The notes beneath the pieces are model-generated. The model was not told the origin of the DNA and ran no database searches. It was given only the letters and a program-made list of their open reading frames with translations. Shown here one piece after another: positions 30,061-40,102 of a stretch of 64,000 bases of DNA (position 1 is the first letter of the stretch; every line of letters starts with the position of its first letter). The stretch is from an uncultured Gemmatimonadales bacterium (lineage in GTDB: Bacteria; Gemmatimonadota; Gemmatimonadetes; Gemmatimonadales; GWC2-71-9): NCBI GenBank assembly GCA_963748815.1, contig CAVVKJ010000010.1:352001-416000 (forward strand). Direction: 5' to 3'. Both the position numbers and the translations under genes were made by a program.

Positions 30061-32380
30061 GCGGCCTCCGGAGTCTTGCCACGCCATCGGCGAGGAGCAT
30101 CAGGAGGAGCAGTGCCAGGATGCTGAAGGTGACGGTCTTGCCGCGCTGGTAGGCGCCGGAGCTGAAGGTGAGTTCCACCACCCTGGCCCCCGCGGGCACC
30201 GGCACGGTCATGAGGGAAAACTGCGCCCGGACCACCTCGGCCGGCTGACCGTCCACGGTGGCGTGCCAGTCGGGATACCAGTTCTCCGAGACCGACAGGA
30301 AGGCGTCCTGTGCCGCCGGACTTGCCAGGGTAAAGCGATAGAGCCCTTCCCTCGGCATTTCCGTCTTCACCGGATCCTCGATGACCTCCACCGCCCCGAG
30401 GGGCGCGGACACGCCGACCGGGGCGTCCTCCGGCACCAGCACGAAGCGGCGCCCATCGAAACGGGGGTCGGCGAGGGTCGCGATCATCTGGTCTTCCGGC
30501 ACCTTGATGGCCATCGGGACCAGCGACGCGAACGGCTGCGCCTCCTCGAACCGGTACACGTAGGCCTGCGGTCCGTCATGGGTCGGCACCGGGCCGGCCA
30601 CGGGCGTCAGCGACATCCCCTCGATCGGTTGCGACAGCACGACGTATTTCACGGCGAGGAGGCGCCAGATGCTGGGGCTGCCGATGTTCTTCCACTCGTT
30701 CTTGCCGCCGAGCAGTTCGTCGTACCGGTGCAGCTCCTGGCCGTTGTAGCCGAGGACCGACCGGATCCGGTGCGTCATCAGGTAGTTGCGATTCTCGTCA
30801 TACACGCCGTACGGGAGCACCCGGTAGATGCTGCTGTCCCCCTGCACCGCCTGGACGACGCCGTCGGCGGCGAAGCTCTCCGACGCCGGCGGGGTCCACT
30901 GGATGAACTGACGCTCCACGGTCCACAGGTCAAGGAGGACGACGGCGCCGACGGCGAGGCCCCACACGGCCTGCGGAAACCGACGCCAGAGCAGTCCGAT
31001 GGTGAGGAGGCCGAAGAAGAGGACCCGCACCGCGTCGAGCCGAAAGTTCGGGTAGTTGGTAATGACCCCGCCGAACCGTTGCGGGTCGGCCATGAGCTCC
31101 ATGAATGGCTGGATGCCCCCGGCGACCGCGAGCAGGGTCAGCACGCCAAGTCCGCCGGCCAGCCAGGCGAGGCGTTTGCGGCGGACGGCGTCGTCGAGCT
31201 GCAGCAGCGCCTGCACGCCCATCGCGGCCAGTGCGGCGGCGCTGAAGGAGACGAGGAAGAAGATCATCGACGGCACCCGGGTCTTGCTGATGCCGGGCAG
31301 GATGGTGTACGGAATCCGGTAGAACGGCGTGTACCCGCCGAAGGCGAAGAGCAGCCCGTAGCCGGTCAGGAAGACGAAGAACCAGGCGAGCCGCTTCCGC
31401 CCCTCCAGCAGAAACCCGAACGACGCGAGGATGAGCGCGGCCACACCGACATAGTCGCTGTGGAGCTTGAACGGGTTCCGGCCCCAGTAGTCGCGGAGGT
31501 TGCCCATGAAGGCGGGCCAGAGGGTGCCGATCACTTCCTCCGGGGGCATCGACCACCCGGTGCCGTACTCGTATCCGGTGCTGCTGCTACCTTCCGCCCC
31601 GCGGGGGGAGTACTGGATGTACTCGAAGAACGGCATCAGCTGGATGGCAGCCAGCGCGAAGCCCAGCCCCAGGGCGCCCACGAAGTAGAGCGCCATCGTC
31701 GGCCACGACGTCCCGGCGGCCCGCTCACCACTCAGGAAGACGAGGTAGAGCCACCAGAACCCGGCCGCCATCAGCAGGTAGTAGGTGAGCTGCACATGCG
31801 GGGTGATCAGGGAGAGTCCGACGGTCACGCCGAATCCCACGTAGCCCCGCCACGACGGGCCGGTGACGCCCTTGTACAGGAAGTAGAGCGCCAGCGGCAG
31901 GAGGGCGCTCACGAAGAGCTTGCCATCGTGCCCGGGGCTGACCAGCGACACGATCTGGCCGCTCATCAGGTACGCCGCGCCCCCGGTGAACGCCGCGCTC
32001 CAGTCCAGCTTGAGCGCGCGGAGGAAGATGAACATGAAGAGGCCGGCCAGCACGAGGTGGAGCATGAAGCCGAGCGTCACCCCGGCATCCGGCGAGAGCA
32101 TGAGCCGGAGCAGGAAGGTGGGATAGAAGGTGTCGCCGTTGCCGGTGTTGGCGAGGAACGGCATGCCGCCGAAGGTATACGGCATCCACTGCAGGATGCC
32201 GCCGTTCGCATGGAAATAGGACGCCGCCAGTTCCCGGCCCGGAAATCCGGTGCGGGCGTCGCTCATCGCGTTGACGAGGAACTGCCCCCGGAAGAACGGG
32301 AGGAATGCGAGCACGACCGTCACGCTATAGAGCGCGGCGGCGGTGAGGACGGGGAAGCGCTGGGTCAGTCGCGAAAGCAT
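30053..32380 (-). CDS. YfhO-like polytopic membrane protein (GT-C fold glycosyltransferase candidate)
   Basis: W.PYTFGGMPF, HVQLTYY, many TM helices, C-terminal SENWYPDW.A.VDG motif. Confidence 0.75.
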   Translation of the reverse strand: MLSRLTQRFPVLTAAALYSVTVVLAFLPFFRGQFLVNAMSDARTGFPGRELAASYFHANGGILQWMPYTFGGMPFLANTGNGDTFYPTFLLRLMLSPDAGVTLGFMLHLVLAGLFMFIFLRALKLDWSAAFTGGAAYLMSGQIVSLVSPGHDGKLFVSALLPLALYFLYKGVTGPSWRGYVGFGVTVGLSLITPHVQLTYYLLMAAGFWWLYLVFLSGERAAGTSWPTMALYFVGALGLGFALAAIQLMPFFEYIQYSPRGAEGSSSTGYEYGTGWSMPPEEVIGTLWPAFMGNLRDYWGRNPFKLHSDYVGVAALILASFGFLLEGRKRLAWFFVFLTGYGLLFAFGGYTPFYRIPYTILPGISKTRVPSMIFFLVSFSAAALAAMGVQALLQLDDAVRRKRLAWLAGGLGVLTLLAVAGGIQPFMELMADPQRFGGVITNYPNFRLDAVRVLFFGLLTIGLLWRRFPQAVWGLAVGAVVLLDLWTVERQFIQWTPPASESFAADGVVQAVQGDSSIYRVLPYGVYDENRNYLMTHRIRSVLGYNGQELHRYDELLGGKNEWKNIGSPSIWRLLAVKYVVLSQPIEGMSLTPVAGPVPTHDGPQAYVYRFEEAQPFASLVPMAIKVPEDQMIATLADPRFDGRRFVLVPEDAPVGVSAPLGAVEVIEDPVKTEMPREGLYRFTLASPAAQDAFLSVSENWYPDWHATVDGQPAEVVRAQFSLMTVPVPAGARVVELTFSSGAYQRGKTVTFSILALLLLMLLADGVARLRRPRG

Positions 32381-32389
32381 GGGCTCAGG

Positions 32390-33328
32390 TCACTCCGAGG
32401 AGGAGACGCGCCGGGGGTGCCACGCGAGCACGCCGAGGGCGGTGAGGATTTCGAGCGCCACGAGCCAGAGCCGGGACGCGATGGCGAGCAGGAGCGCCGG
32501 GGCCGGGCCGGTGATCGGCGAAAGCAGGATGACCATGGCGGCCTCCCGGACCCCGAGTCCGCCGGGGGCGAAGACCGCGATGATTCCCGCCACGTAGCTC
32601 CCGATGAACGCGGCGGCCGCCGGCAGCACCCTCGGCGCGGCGTCACCCAGCAGCGCCAGCCCGAAGAGCCAGAACGCCACGCCGTAGGCCATCCAGGGGA
32701 GGACCAGGGTGCCGACGTAGGCCATCATTTCCCGGTGCGTGGGAGCAGGCCACCTGATGTCCCGCCTGAGGAGCCGGCTGCTCCACCGCTCCAGGGTCGG
32801 GGCGGCGACCGGGAGCAAAATAATGGCGGCGACCACCCCGAGCGAGGTCAGGCCGAGGGCGAGGACCGGGTTGGTGGTCCCCGTGACGGAGGTCGGCAGG
32901 ACCGGCGCCAGGGACACGGTGAGGGCGATGCCGGTCCCAAGGAGAACCAGCTGCTGGAAGAGGATGGCGCCGGTGGCGGCGACCGGACTGATGCGCGCGC
33001 TCAGCGCCTCGGCCGAGACGTGGGCAAACTGCCAGATGGCGCCGGGGACGAAGCGGCTCAGGTTGGTGATGAACCAGATGCGGATGGCGGGGCCGAACGG
33101 GAGCGAGTCTCCCCACCAGCGGAGGCTCCGCGACCAGGTGCGCACCAGCAGGAACCAGGTGAGGACGGTCAGCGCGGAGGCGGCGAGCAGCGGGAGCGGG
33201 CGCAGGGCAATGGGGACCGCGCCCAATGCTTCCCGGTGGGAAAGCGCCGTGCCCACCAGGTACCAGGCGGCGGCGGTGAGGCCGGCCACCTGCAGCAGGC
33301 GGCGGAACCAGTGCCGGGCGCCGCTCAT
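32390..33328 (-). CDS. Lysylphosphatidylglycerol synthase TM / flippase-like membrane protein
   Basis: SRFVPGAIW and APGGLGVREA motifs; own ATG at 33328 (fused to the upstream gene in the track only because of a frameshift). Confidence 0.8.
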   Translation of the reverse strand: MSGARHWFRRLLQVAGLTAAAWYLVGTALSHREALGAVPIALRPLPLLAASALTVLTWFLLVRTWSRSLRWWGDSLPFGPAIRIWFITNLSRFVPGAIWQFAHVSAEALSARISPVAATGAILFQQLVLLGTGIALTVSLAPVLPTSVTGTTNPVLALGLTSLGVVAAIILLPVAAPTLERWSSRLLRRDIRWPAPTHREMMAYVGTLVLPWMAYGVAFWLFGLALLGDAAPRVLPAAAAFIGSYVAGIIAVFAPGGLGVREAAMVILLSPITGPAPALLLAIASRLWLVALEILTALGVLAWHPRRVSSSE

Positions 33329-34561
33329 CGCGCCGCCACCGCCCGGCGATACACGGCGTCGAAACCGGCGGCGAGCCCGCCGGGGGAGAAGCGACGGTCG
33401 AGGTCGGCCCGCGCGGCCGTCGCAAAGCGCACCGAGAGCGCGGGATCGTCCAGCAGCCGGGCGGCGGCGGCAGCCAGCGCCTTCCGCATCCCGTTCCGGC
33501 ACGAGGAGGCCCGTCGCCCCGTCGGTCACGACATCGGGAATCCCGCCACACCGCGTGGCCACGACCGGCAAGTCGCTCGCCATCGCCTCGACGAGGACCA
33601 TGCCGAATCCCTCCTGCTCGCCCTTCCAGTCGGTGACCGCGGGCATCAGCAGCATGCTGGCGGTTCGGTAGTGCTCGGCGATGTCGTCGTGCGGGAGGGC
33701 GCCGGCGAGGTCCACCGCGTCGCGGAGGCCGAGTTCCTCGATCAGCGCGGTGAGCCTGGGGCGCTCCGGCCCCTCACCGATGACGGTGAGGCGTACCGCC
33801 CTCCCCTGCCCGCGGAGTTCGGCGACCGCGCGCACGGCGTATTCGGCACCCTTGCGCTCGATGAGCCGGCCGACGAAGAGCAGGCGGCCGGTGTCGCGCA
33901 CATTGTGCATGGGCGGTGCGAAGCGCTCCGCGCTGACCGGCATCGGGAGAACCGTGATGCGATCGGCGGAGACACCGAGCCGCTCGACCCGCGGCACGAG
34001 CGGAGTGGAGATGACCGTCACCTGCGCCGCGGAGCGGAAGATCGGCCCTGCGACGGCGCGGGCGACGGGGAAACGATCGAGCAGGAAGAGATCGGTCCCG
34101 TGCGAGGTCAGCACGATCGGCACGCCCGCGGCGTTGCCGGGCCAGGTCGCGAACCCGCCCGGCACCCACCAGTGGACGTGCAAAACGTCGGGGCCGAATG
34201 CGTCGCATTCGCGCCGCAGGGCGCGGCGACTCGCACGGAGGAATTGGACCAGCCGCCACCGGGCGCGCCACGAACCGAGCGCCTGTTCATGCATGGTGCC
34301 GGCATAGGCGAGGGTCTCCTCCCGGTCCGCCCCGTACCGATACCGGACCACCTCCACACCGCCGACCGACTCCCGCTCGGCGAGCCCGGGCCCGTGGGGC
34401 GCGAGCACGCGCACCTGGTGGCCGAGGGTCTGTTGCCCGCGGACGAGGGCGAGCAAGAACGCCCCCGCCATGTCGTCGACATGCCGGGGGAAGTTGTGGG
34501 TGACGAGGAGGATCTTCAGGTGGGGACTCCGGCGGCCATGGCGTCGTGGCTCATCCGTCAT
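33325..34561 (-). CDS. GT4 family glycosyltransferase, with a 1-nt frameshift near 33483
   Basis: HVHWW, HGTD, FVGRLIERKG, EGFGMVLVEAM, GGIPDVV; the shifted frame gives ALAAAAARLLDDP...VYRRAVAAR* with ATGA overlap. Confidence 0.85.
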
Positions 34562-35519
34562 CCTGCTTTCGCGTGAGTGCCGCGAGCCGGCTCACGTCCC
34601 GCCGCATCCCCTGCACGTCCTCCCGGAACCCCGCGATCATCTCGCCGACGAACCCGAAGCCGAAGAGCACGATGCCGCTGATGACCATCGTCTCGACCAG
34701 GTTGAGCAGGGGCCGAAAGCCGATGCCATACCCGAACCGCAGCACCAGCGCCACGATGCCGGCCAGGAACCCGACCCCGAAGAGCAGCGCGCCCAATCCG
34801 CCGAAGAAGAGGAGGGGCTTCCGCGAGAACCGGAGCTGGAACCAGACCGAGAGGAGGTCGAGCACGCCGACGGGAATCCGCTTCCAGTTGAACTTCGACA
34901 CGCCCGCCTTCCGGGGGTACAGCGGCACCGGCAACGACGTCAGCCGCGCCCCTTCGGCGGCGGCCACCACCACCATGTAGCGATGCCAGTCGGGCCGCAT
35001 AGGCACGTTGGCCATCACCTCGCGCCGGTAGGCCTTCACCGAATTGAGGTCGGTCACGCGGATGCCGAAGAGCCAGCGGCAGAGCGCGTTGTAGATGCCG
35101 GAGACGAACGCCTTCTCGTACTTCCCCTGCTTGGTCCCGGTCACGATGTCGGCCCGCCCCGCCAGGATCGGCGCCACCAGCGACGGGATGTCTTCGGGGA
35201 GGTACTGCAGGTCGGCGGGATAGAAGACAAACACGTCCCCGCGGGCCGCGTCGCCCGCGGAGCGCAGAGCATCGGCGATGCCCCGCTGGCGGGCGTGCGT
35301 CACCACCGTCAGGAAGGCGTTCCGCCCCCGCTCCGCCTCGAGCACCAGCGCGGTCCGGTCGCGCGAGCCGTCATCGACCACCACCACCTCGAAGGTGAAC
35401 GGCGCCGGCCCCAGCGCCTCGGCGCAGAGCCGGAGGAACTCGGGGAGGTTGTCGGCCTCGTCCTTGGCCGGCACCAGGACGCTGACGTCCACCGGGCCGG
35501 TGCGCGCGGGCAGGCTCAT
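34551..35519 (-). CDS. GT2 family glycosyltransferase with C-terminal TM helices (GtrB/ArnC-like)
   Basis: VPAKDE, VVVDDGSRD.T, ADLQY.PEDIP, HRY, R.AG.SK, KPL..FG. Confidence 0.88.
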   Translation of the reverse strand: MSLPARTGPVDVSVLVPAKDEADNLPEFLRLCAEALGPAPFTFEVVVVDDGSRDRTALVLEAERGRNAFLTVVTHARQRGIADALRSAGDAARGDVFVFYPADLQYLPEDIPSLVAPILAGRADIVTGTKQGKYEKAFVSGIYNALCRWLFGIRVTDLNSVKAYRREVMANVPMRPDWHRYMVVVAAAEGARLTSLPVPLYPRKAGVSKFNWKRIPVGVLDLLSVWFQLRFSRKPLLFFGGLGALLFGVGFLAGIVALVLRFGYGIGFRPLLNLVETMVISGIVLFGFGFVGEMIAGFREDVQGMRRDVSRLAALTRKQDDG

Positions 35520-37033
35520 ACCCGCTTCCGCATCCGGGCCGGCAGGATGCCCAGCTGGTCGCGGTACTTGGCCACGGTCCGCCGGGCGATCTTGATCCCC
35601 TGCTCCTGGAAGAGGTGCACGATCTGCTGGTCCGTCAGCGGTTTCCCGGTGTCCTCGTCGGCCACCATCTTCTCGAGCTTGGCGCGAATGGACCGGGCGC
35701 TGGCGTCCTCCCCCGACGAGGTGCTGAGCGCGCTGCTGAAGAAGAACTTCAGCGGCAGCACGCCGCGCGGGGTCTGCACGAACTTCTCGTTCGTCACGCG
35801 GCTCACCGTGGACTCGTGCATGTTGATGACCTCGGCCACCTCGCGCAGGGTGAGCGGCTTGAGGTACTCGATGCCCTTCTCGAAGAATTCCCGCTGCCGG
35901 TCCACGATGAAGTTCATCACCTTGAGCATCGTCTGGCGCCGCTGCTCGATGGCCTGGATCATCCAGGTGGCGCTGTTCATCTTCGACGCGATGAACTCGC
36001 GGTTCTCCTGGGTGAGCCGCTTCCGGTCGCGGGTGACCTCCTGATAGGCGCGCGACAGGCGGAGGCGCGGCATGCCGGTGTCGTTGAGGAAGACCTTGTA
36101 TTCGCTGTCCACCTTGTTGACGATCAGGTCGGGGGTGATGTACCCGTCGTCCTTGCCGGAATACTTGAGCCCCGGCTTCGGGTCGAGTGACGCGAGCGAA
36201 TCGGCGGCCGACTGCACCGCCACGGCCGGCACGCCGAACCGGCGGGCCAGGTCGTTCCATCGGTGGGCAATGAGGTCGCCGAACGCCTCGGACACCAGCC
36301 GGTAGGTGAGCGTCTCGGTCTGGTCGAGCTCGCGGAGCTGGATCAGGAGGCACTCCTGGATGTCGCGCGCGCCGATGCCCGGCGGGTCGAGGGCCTGGAT
36401 GATGCGGAGCATCTCCTCCGCCTCGCCCATGCCGTACAGTTCCACGCCCTCGGGGAGGTCGCCCACGGCCGGGTCGGCGTCGAGATTGTCGAGGTCCAGC
36501 TCCTCGTCGAGATCGGCGTTGTCCCGGGCGTGCGCGGTGATCAGCTGGTTGACGGAGCCGACGATCTCCTCCAGGGAGGCGGCCAGGAAGCCGTCCTCCT
36601 TGATGTTCCCGATGAACTCCTCGCTCAGGAGCACCTGCCGCGGCGAGAGGTCGAGCATCTTGAGCTGCTCGCGGAGGTGGTCGGTCAGATCCCGGCTCTG
36701 CACCGTGACCGCCTCGGTGTACTCGAGCTGCTCGTGCTGCTCGCGGGTGCCGCCGACGTCGAAGCCGTTGAGGAGGATCTCCTCCCAGTCCATCTCCTCC
36801 TCCTTGGCGGCCTGCTCCTTCTCCTGCTCCTTGTCCTTCTCTCGGTCCGCGCCGTCCTGCTCTTCCTCCTCCGGCTCGAGCAGTTCGAGGAACGGGTTGA
36901 CGAGCAGCTCCTGCTTCAGGTGCTGCTGCAGGTCCATCATCGGCATGTAGAGCATGTCCATCGCCTGGTAGAGGCGCGGATTGATGCGCAGTTCCTGCCG
37001 CTGGCCGAGGTGCTGCGAGAGTCCTGTCTTCAC
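35516..37033 (-). CDS. rpoN: RNA polymerase sigma-54 factor
   Basis: Q-rich region I, NPFLE, DPPGIGAR, HESTVSR, RpoN box ARRTVAKYR. Confidence 0.97.
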   Translation of the reverse strand: MKTGLSQHLGQRQELRINPRLYQAMDMLYMPMMDLQQHLKQELLVNPFLELLEPEEEEQDGADREKDKEQEKEQAAKEEEMDWEEILLNGFDVGGTREQHEQLEYTEAVTVQSRDLTDHLREQLKMLDLSPRQVLLSEEFIGNIKEDGFLAASLEEIVGSVNQLITAHARDNADLDEELDLDNLDADPAVGDLPEGVELYGMGEAEEMLRIIQALDPPGIGARDIQECLLIQLRELDQTETLTYRLVSEAFGDLIAHRWNDLARRFGVPAVAVQSAADSLASLDPKPGLKYSGKDDGYITPDLIVNKVDSEYKVFLNDTGMPRLRLSRAYQEVTRDRKRLTQENREFIASKMNSATWMIQAIEQRRQTMLKVMNFIVDRQREFFEKGIEYLKPLTLREVAEVINMHESTVSRVTNEKFVQTPRGVLPLKFFFSSALSTSSGEDASARSIRAKLEKMVADEDTGKPLTDQQIVHLFQEQGIKIARRTVAKYRDQLGILPARMRKRV

Positions 37034-38196
37034 GCGACGTTCTCCAATCGGGCCCGGAGCCTGGCCGTCAGGGTGGGCCCCAGGTAGAGCTCGGCGACCC
37101 GCTCGTCGAACACGAGTTCGGGCACGGTGCCGGCGGCCTGGACTTTTCCTTCGAAGAGGATGTACGCCCGATCCACGATGTCGAGGGTCTGCTCGACGTT
37201 GTGGTCGGTGATCAGCACGCCGAGGCCGCGGTGGCGCAGCCCGGCGACGATGTTCTGGATGTCGTTCACCGCGATCGGGTCCACGCCGGCGAACGGTTCG
37301 TCGAGCAGCATGAACTTCGGTTCGGTCACCAGCGCCCGGGTGATCTCGAGTCGCCGCCGCTCGCCGCCGCTGAGCGAATAGGCCATGCTCTTCCGCAGGT
37401 GCTTGATGGAGAGCTCGTCCAGCATCTTCTCGAGGCGCTCAAGCCGCTCGGTCCGCGACAGGGGCAGCATCTCGAGGATGGCCAGCACGTTCTCCTCGAC
37501 GGTGAGCCGCCGAAACACCGAGGGCTCCTGCGCGAGGTAGCCGAGGCCGCGGCGGGCGCGCTGGTACATGGCGGAGTGCGTCATGTCGTCGCCGTCGAGG
37601 ATGACGCGGCCGGCGTCGGGACGGATGATCCCGGTCAGGCAGTAGAAGGTGACGGTCTTTCCGGCGCCGTTCGGGCCGAGGAGCGCCACGATTTCGCCCT
37701 GCTCGACTCGCACCGACACGTCGTCCACCACCCGGCGCTGCCGAAAGCTCTTGCAGAGGCCGATTCCCTCGAGCACGCTCGCCGGTCCGGCGGGGCGCGT
37801 CTCGCCGGTGGTGTGGCGGCTCTGCCCTTCCTGGGCGGCGGAAAGGAGGTGCGTCAGCGCGGCACTCCGGTCCGCGACCGCGACGGACCACCAGTGCGGC
37901 GTCGCTCGAACGGTAGACCAGTCGCTTCCGCTCGCCTCGACGATCCAGCCGCCATCCGCCAGTCTGGGCAGGACCGACCGGGTGAGGCTTTCACGGAGCT
38001 GGTCGCCGCTCAGTTCCGACCGCGGGAGGCCCGGAATCGTCTCCACCGCGCTCAGGAAGGTGCTGCGATACCCCATCACCAGCCGGTCGAGCCCCACCGA
38101 TCCGTCGTCGGCGGCGGTGTGTGTCATGGCCGCGAGCGCCAGCGAGAGCGACGCATCGCGCTCCGCGAGCCCGTCCAGCCAGCCGGGGCGGCTCAC
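37030..38196 (-). CDS. lptB: LPS export ABC ATPase LptB with about 140-aa N-terminal extension
   Basis: GPNGAGKT, YLAQEPSVFR.LTV, LSGGERRR.EI, LDEPFAGVDP, ITDHNV, YLG; GTG 38196 overlaps the upstream stop (GTGA). Confidence 0.9.
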   Translation of the reverse strand: MSRPGWLDGLAERDASLSLALAAMTHTAADDGSVGLDRLVMGYRSTFLSAVETIPGLPRSELSGDQLRESLTRSVLPRLADGGWIVEASGSDWSTVRATPHWWSVAVADRSAALTHLLSAAQEGQSRHTTGETRPAGPASVLEGIGLCKSFRQRRVVDDVSVRVEQGEIVALLGPNGAGKTVTFYCLTGIIRPDAGRVILDGDDMTHSAMYQRARRGLGYLAQEPSVFRRLTVEENVLAILEMLPLSRTERLERLEKMLDELSIKHLRKSMAYSLSGGERRRLEITRALVTEPKFMLLDEPFAGVDPIAVNDIQNIVAGLRHRGLGVLITDHNVEQTLDIVDRAYILFEGKVQAAGTVPELVFDERVAELYLGPTLTARLRARLENVA

Positions 38197-39540
38197 GGCT
38201 GCACCGCGGGAAGCGAGTCGGCGGGAGCGGCCGCCGAATCGGCCGGCGTCGTCGTCGTGTCCCGGGCGGGCGGCTTCGGCTGCAGCTGCACACCGTCCAC
38301 CTTGCCGAGAATGTCGACCCGCTCCACGCCGCCCTTTGGTTCGGCCTTCATGACCACGAGAATCCGGTTCCCGCGCGCATAATTCAGCGAGGGCACACCG
38401 GGCCGCGCGGGGTCGATGACCTGGTAGAACGAGCTCGCGTCGGTCCACGCCTCGATCTGGTGGACCACCGTCTTCGTCCTGCCCTCCACCTCGAGCTGCG
38501 CGAACCGCGCGGTCACCGTGTCACCGCGGAGCCAGTCGCGGTTGGCCGCGGTCGTGTCCTCCCCGCTGGCCACCCACGCCTTGCCGATAGGCCCGGGCCT
38601 CGGTGAGGATCTTGGCGGGCGTGTCCAGGGCCAGCGAATCGGCCGTGATCTCGTACGTGCTGGAGATGGCGTGCGGCCGGACCCCCTTGCCCCAGGCCAG
38701 CGTCTGCTCCAGCACCCGGGCGTTGACGTCGAGGCCGATCGTGTCGGCCACGAGGGTCCAATCGGCGCTGACCGCCCTCCCCGCTCCATCGGCCTGCACG
38801 TAGGTCAAGTCGTTTTGCTCCAGCTGAAGATTGATGCGGTCCCCGAAGAGCGAAAACGGATCCTTGCCGAGGCCGTTGATCTGGGCGCCGCGAATCAGGG
38901 CGCCGTCCTGGCCCGGTCCGGTGTCGAGCCGCATCGAGTCGGCGCTGGCGGCGACGTCGCTGCGATTGATGGTGACCCGGCCGCCGGCCCAGAGGCGGTC
39001 CTCCCCCTTCATCCGGATCCGGTCGCCGACGATCACGTAGGGCTCCTGCTCCCGGCCGGTGGAATCCCGCGGGACGTAGTCGATGGTCGGGCGGCCGTCG
39101 GCGTAGACCTCGACCACCGCGCGCTGTCCAGGAAGAATCCGGTAGTAGTCGAGCGACGGCCCCCGGAGTGTCGATCCTCCCGAACTCCTGGTGACGACGT
39201 TGCCGCGCGCCTCCCAGATCTCCCCCGCCCGCCGGTACGTGCCCCGGTCGGCGGTCATGACCATCGACGAGTCCTCGTACCGCACATGGCCGATGAACTC
39301 GGTGATCTGCCCGCCGTACGACGCCAGGCTGTCGCTGCGCATCCGGATCGTGGTGCCGTCGCAGGCCAGCTGGACGTTGCCGGAGGCGAAGTAGTTGTCC
39401 TGCCCCACCGTGGCGCCGGAGTCGGCGTGAATCAGGCGGATCCGGCAGCGCTGCTGGGCAGACGGCTCCTGGGCGGCAGCCGGCGAAGGCGCGAGCGCCA
39501 TCGCCACCACGACCACGGCACCGACCAACCCGTCGCGCAT
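38193..39540 (-). CDS. Long LptA/OstA-like periplasmic beta-jellyroll protein, with a 1-nt frameshift near 38587
   Basis: Signal peptide; repeated GNV / ADS / GD beta motifs; lies between lptC and lptB; joins ORF frames 38521..39744 and 38193..38789 (EARAY-GKAWV). Confidence 0.75.
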
Positions 39541-39541
39541 C

Positions 39542-40102
39542 CTATTGCCCCGGCAGGATGATGCCTTCGTCGGCGCGTCCGCGGGGGCTGCCCGTCTTGG
39601 TCCGCTGGATGTTCGGATCCGACGTGAACCCGACGCCCTCCAGGTGGTTGGCGCCCTGGTCATACGTGTAGAACAGCTCCGACGAAATCTCGTTCCGTCC
39701 CGGATCGTACTTGAGCTGCTCGCTCTTGAGCGTCCGGGTGCCATCCGTGGACCGCACCACCACGTCGCCGCGGCCCTCCATGACGCCGGTCATCGTCTGG
39801 TAGGTGCCCTCGTGCGACGTCAGTTTCGAGGTCGGCGTCCCGTCCTTGTCGTAGAAGGTGACGGTCACCACGCGCAGCTCGAAGGTCTGGGATGCCTCGT
39901 AGTAGTAGGCGGTGTCGGCCTCGACGAGGCTCTTCTGGACCCCATCCCGCGTGATGATGTGCCGCACCTGGAGGAGCGTCTGGTCGGCGGTGTCCGCGGC
40001 CGTACTGAGCACGCCGGGCCGGGCGCCGGTTTCGTTGCAGGCGGCACCCACGGCCATCGCGCCGATCAGCGCGGCCACCCGCAGCGCCGCCGCGCCCCTC
40101 AC
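39542..40102 (-). CDS. lptC: LPS export periplasmic protein LptC
   Basis: Lipobox-like GAAC; ADTA, V.FYD..G, G.VVV, L.SEQL.YD, G.GF.SD; synteny kdsD-lptC-lptA-lptB. Confidence 0.8.
   Translation of the reverse strand: MRGAAALRVAALIGAMAVGAACNETGARPGVLSTAADTADQTLLQVRHIITRDGVQKSLVEADTAYYYEASQTFELRVVTVTFYDKDGTPTSKLTSHEGTYQTMTGVMEGRGDVVVRSTDGTRTLKSEQLKYDPGRNEISSELFYTYDQGANHLEGVGFTSDPNIQRTKTGSPRGRADEGIILPGQ

Noticed and set aside
32390..34561. 723-aa GT4-flippase fusion
   Set aside because: A frameshift near 33483 explains it; the corrected GT4 stops at 33325 and the flippase-like gene has its own ATG at 33328.
30263..34576. 1437-aa plus-strand ORF and other long shadow ORFs (e.g. 12676..15258, 10589..12592, 47635..49206)
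   Set aside because: Antisense or alternative-frame shadows of real genes, typical of high-GC DNA; Arg/Gly/His-rich with no motifs.
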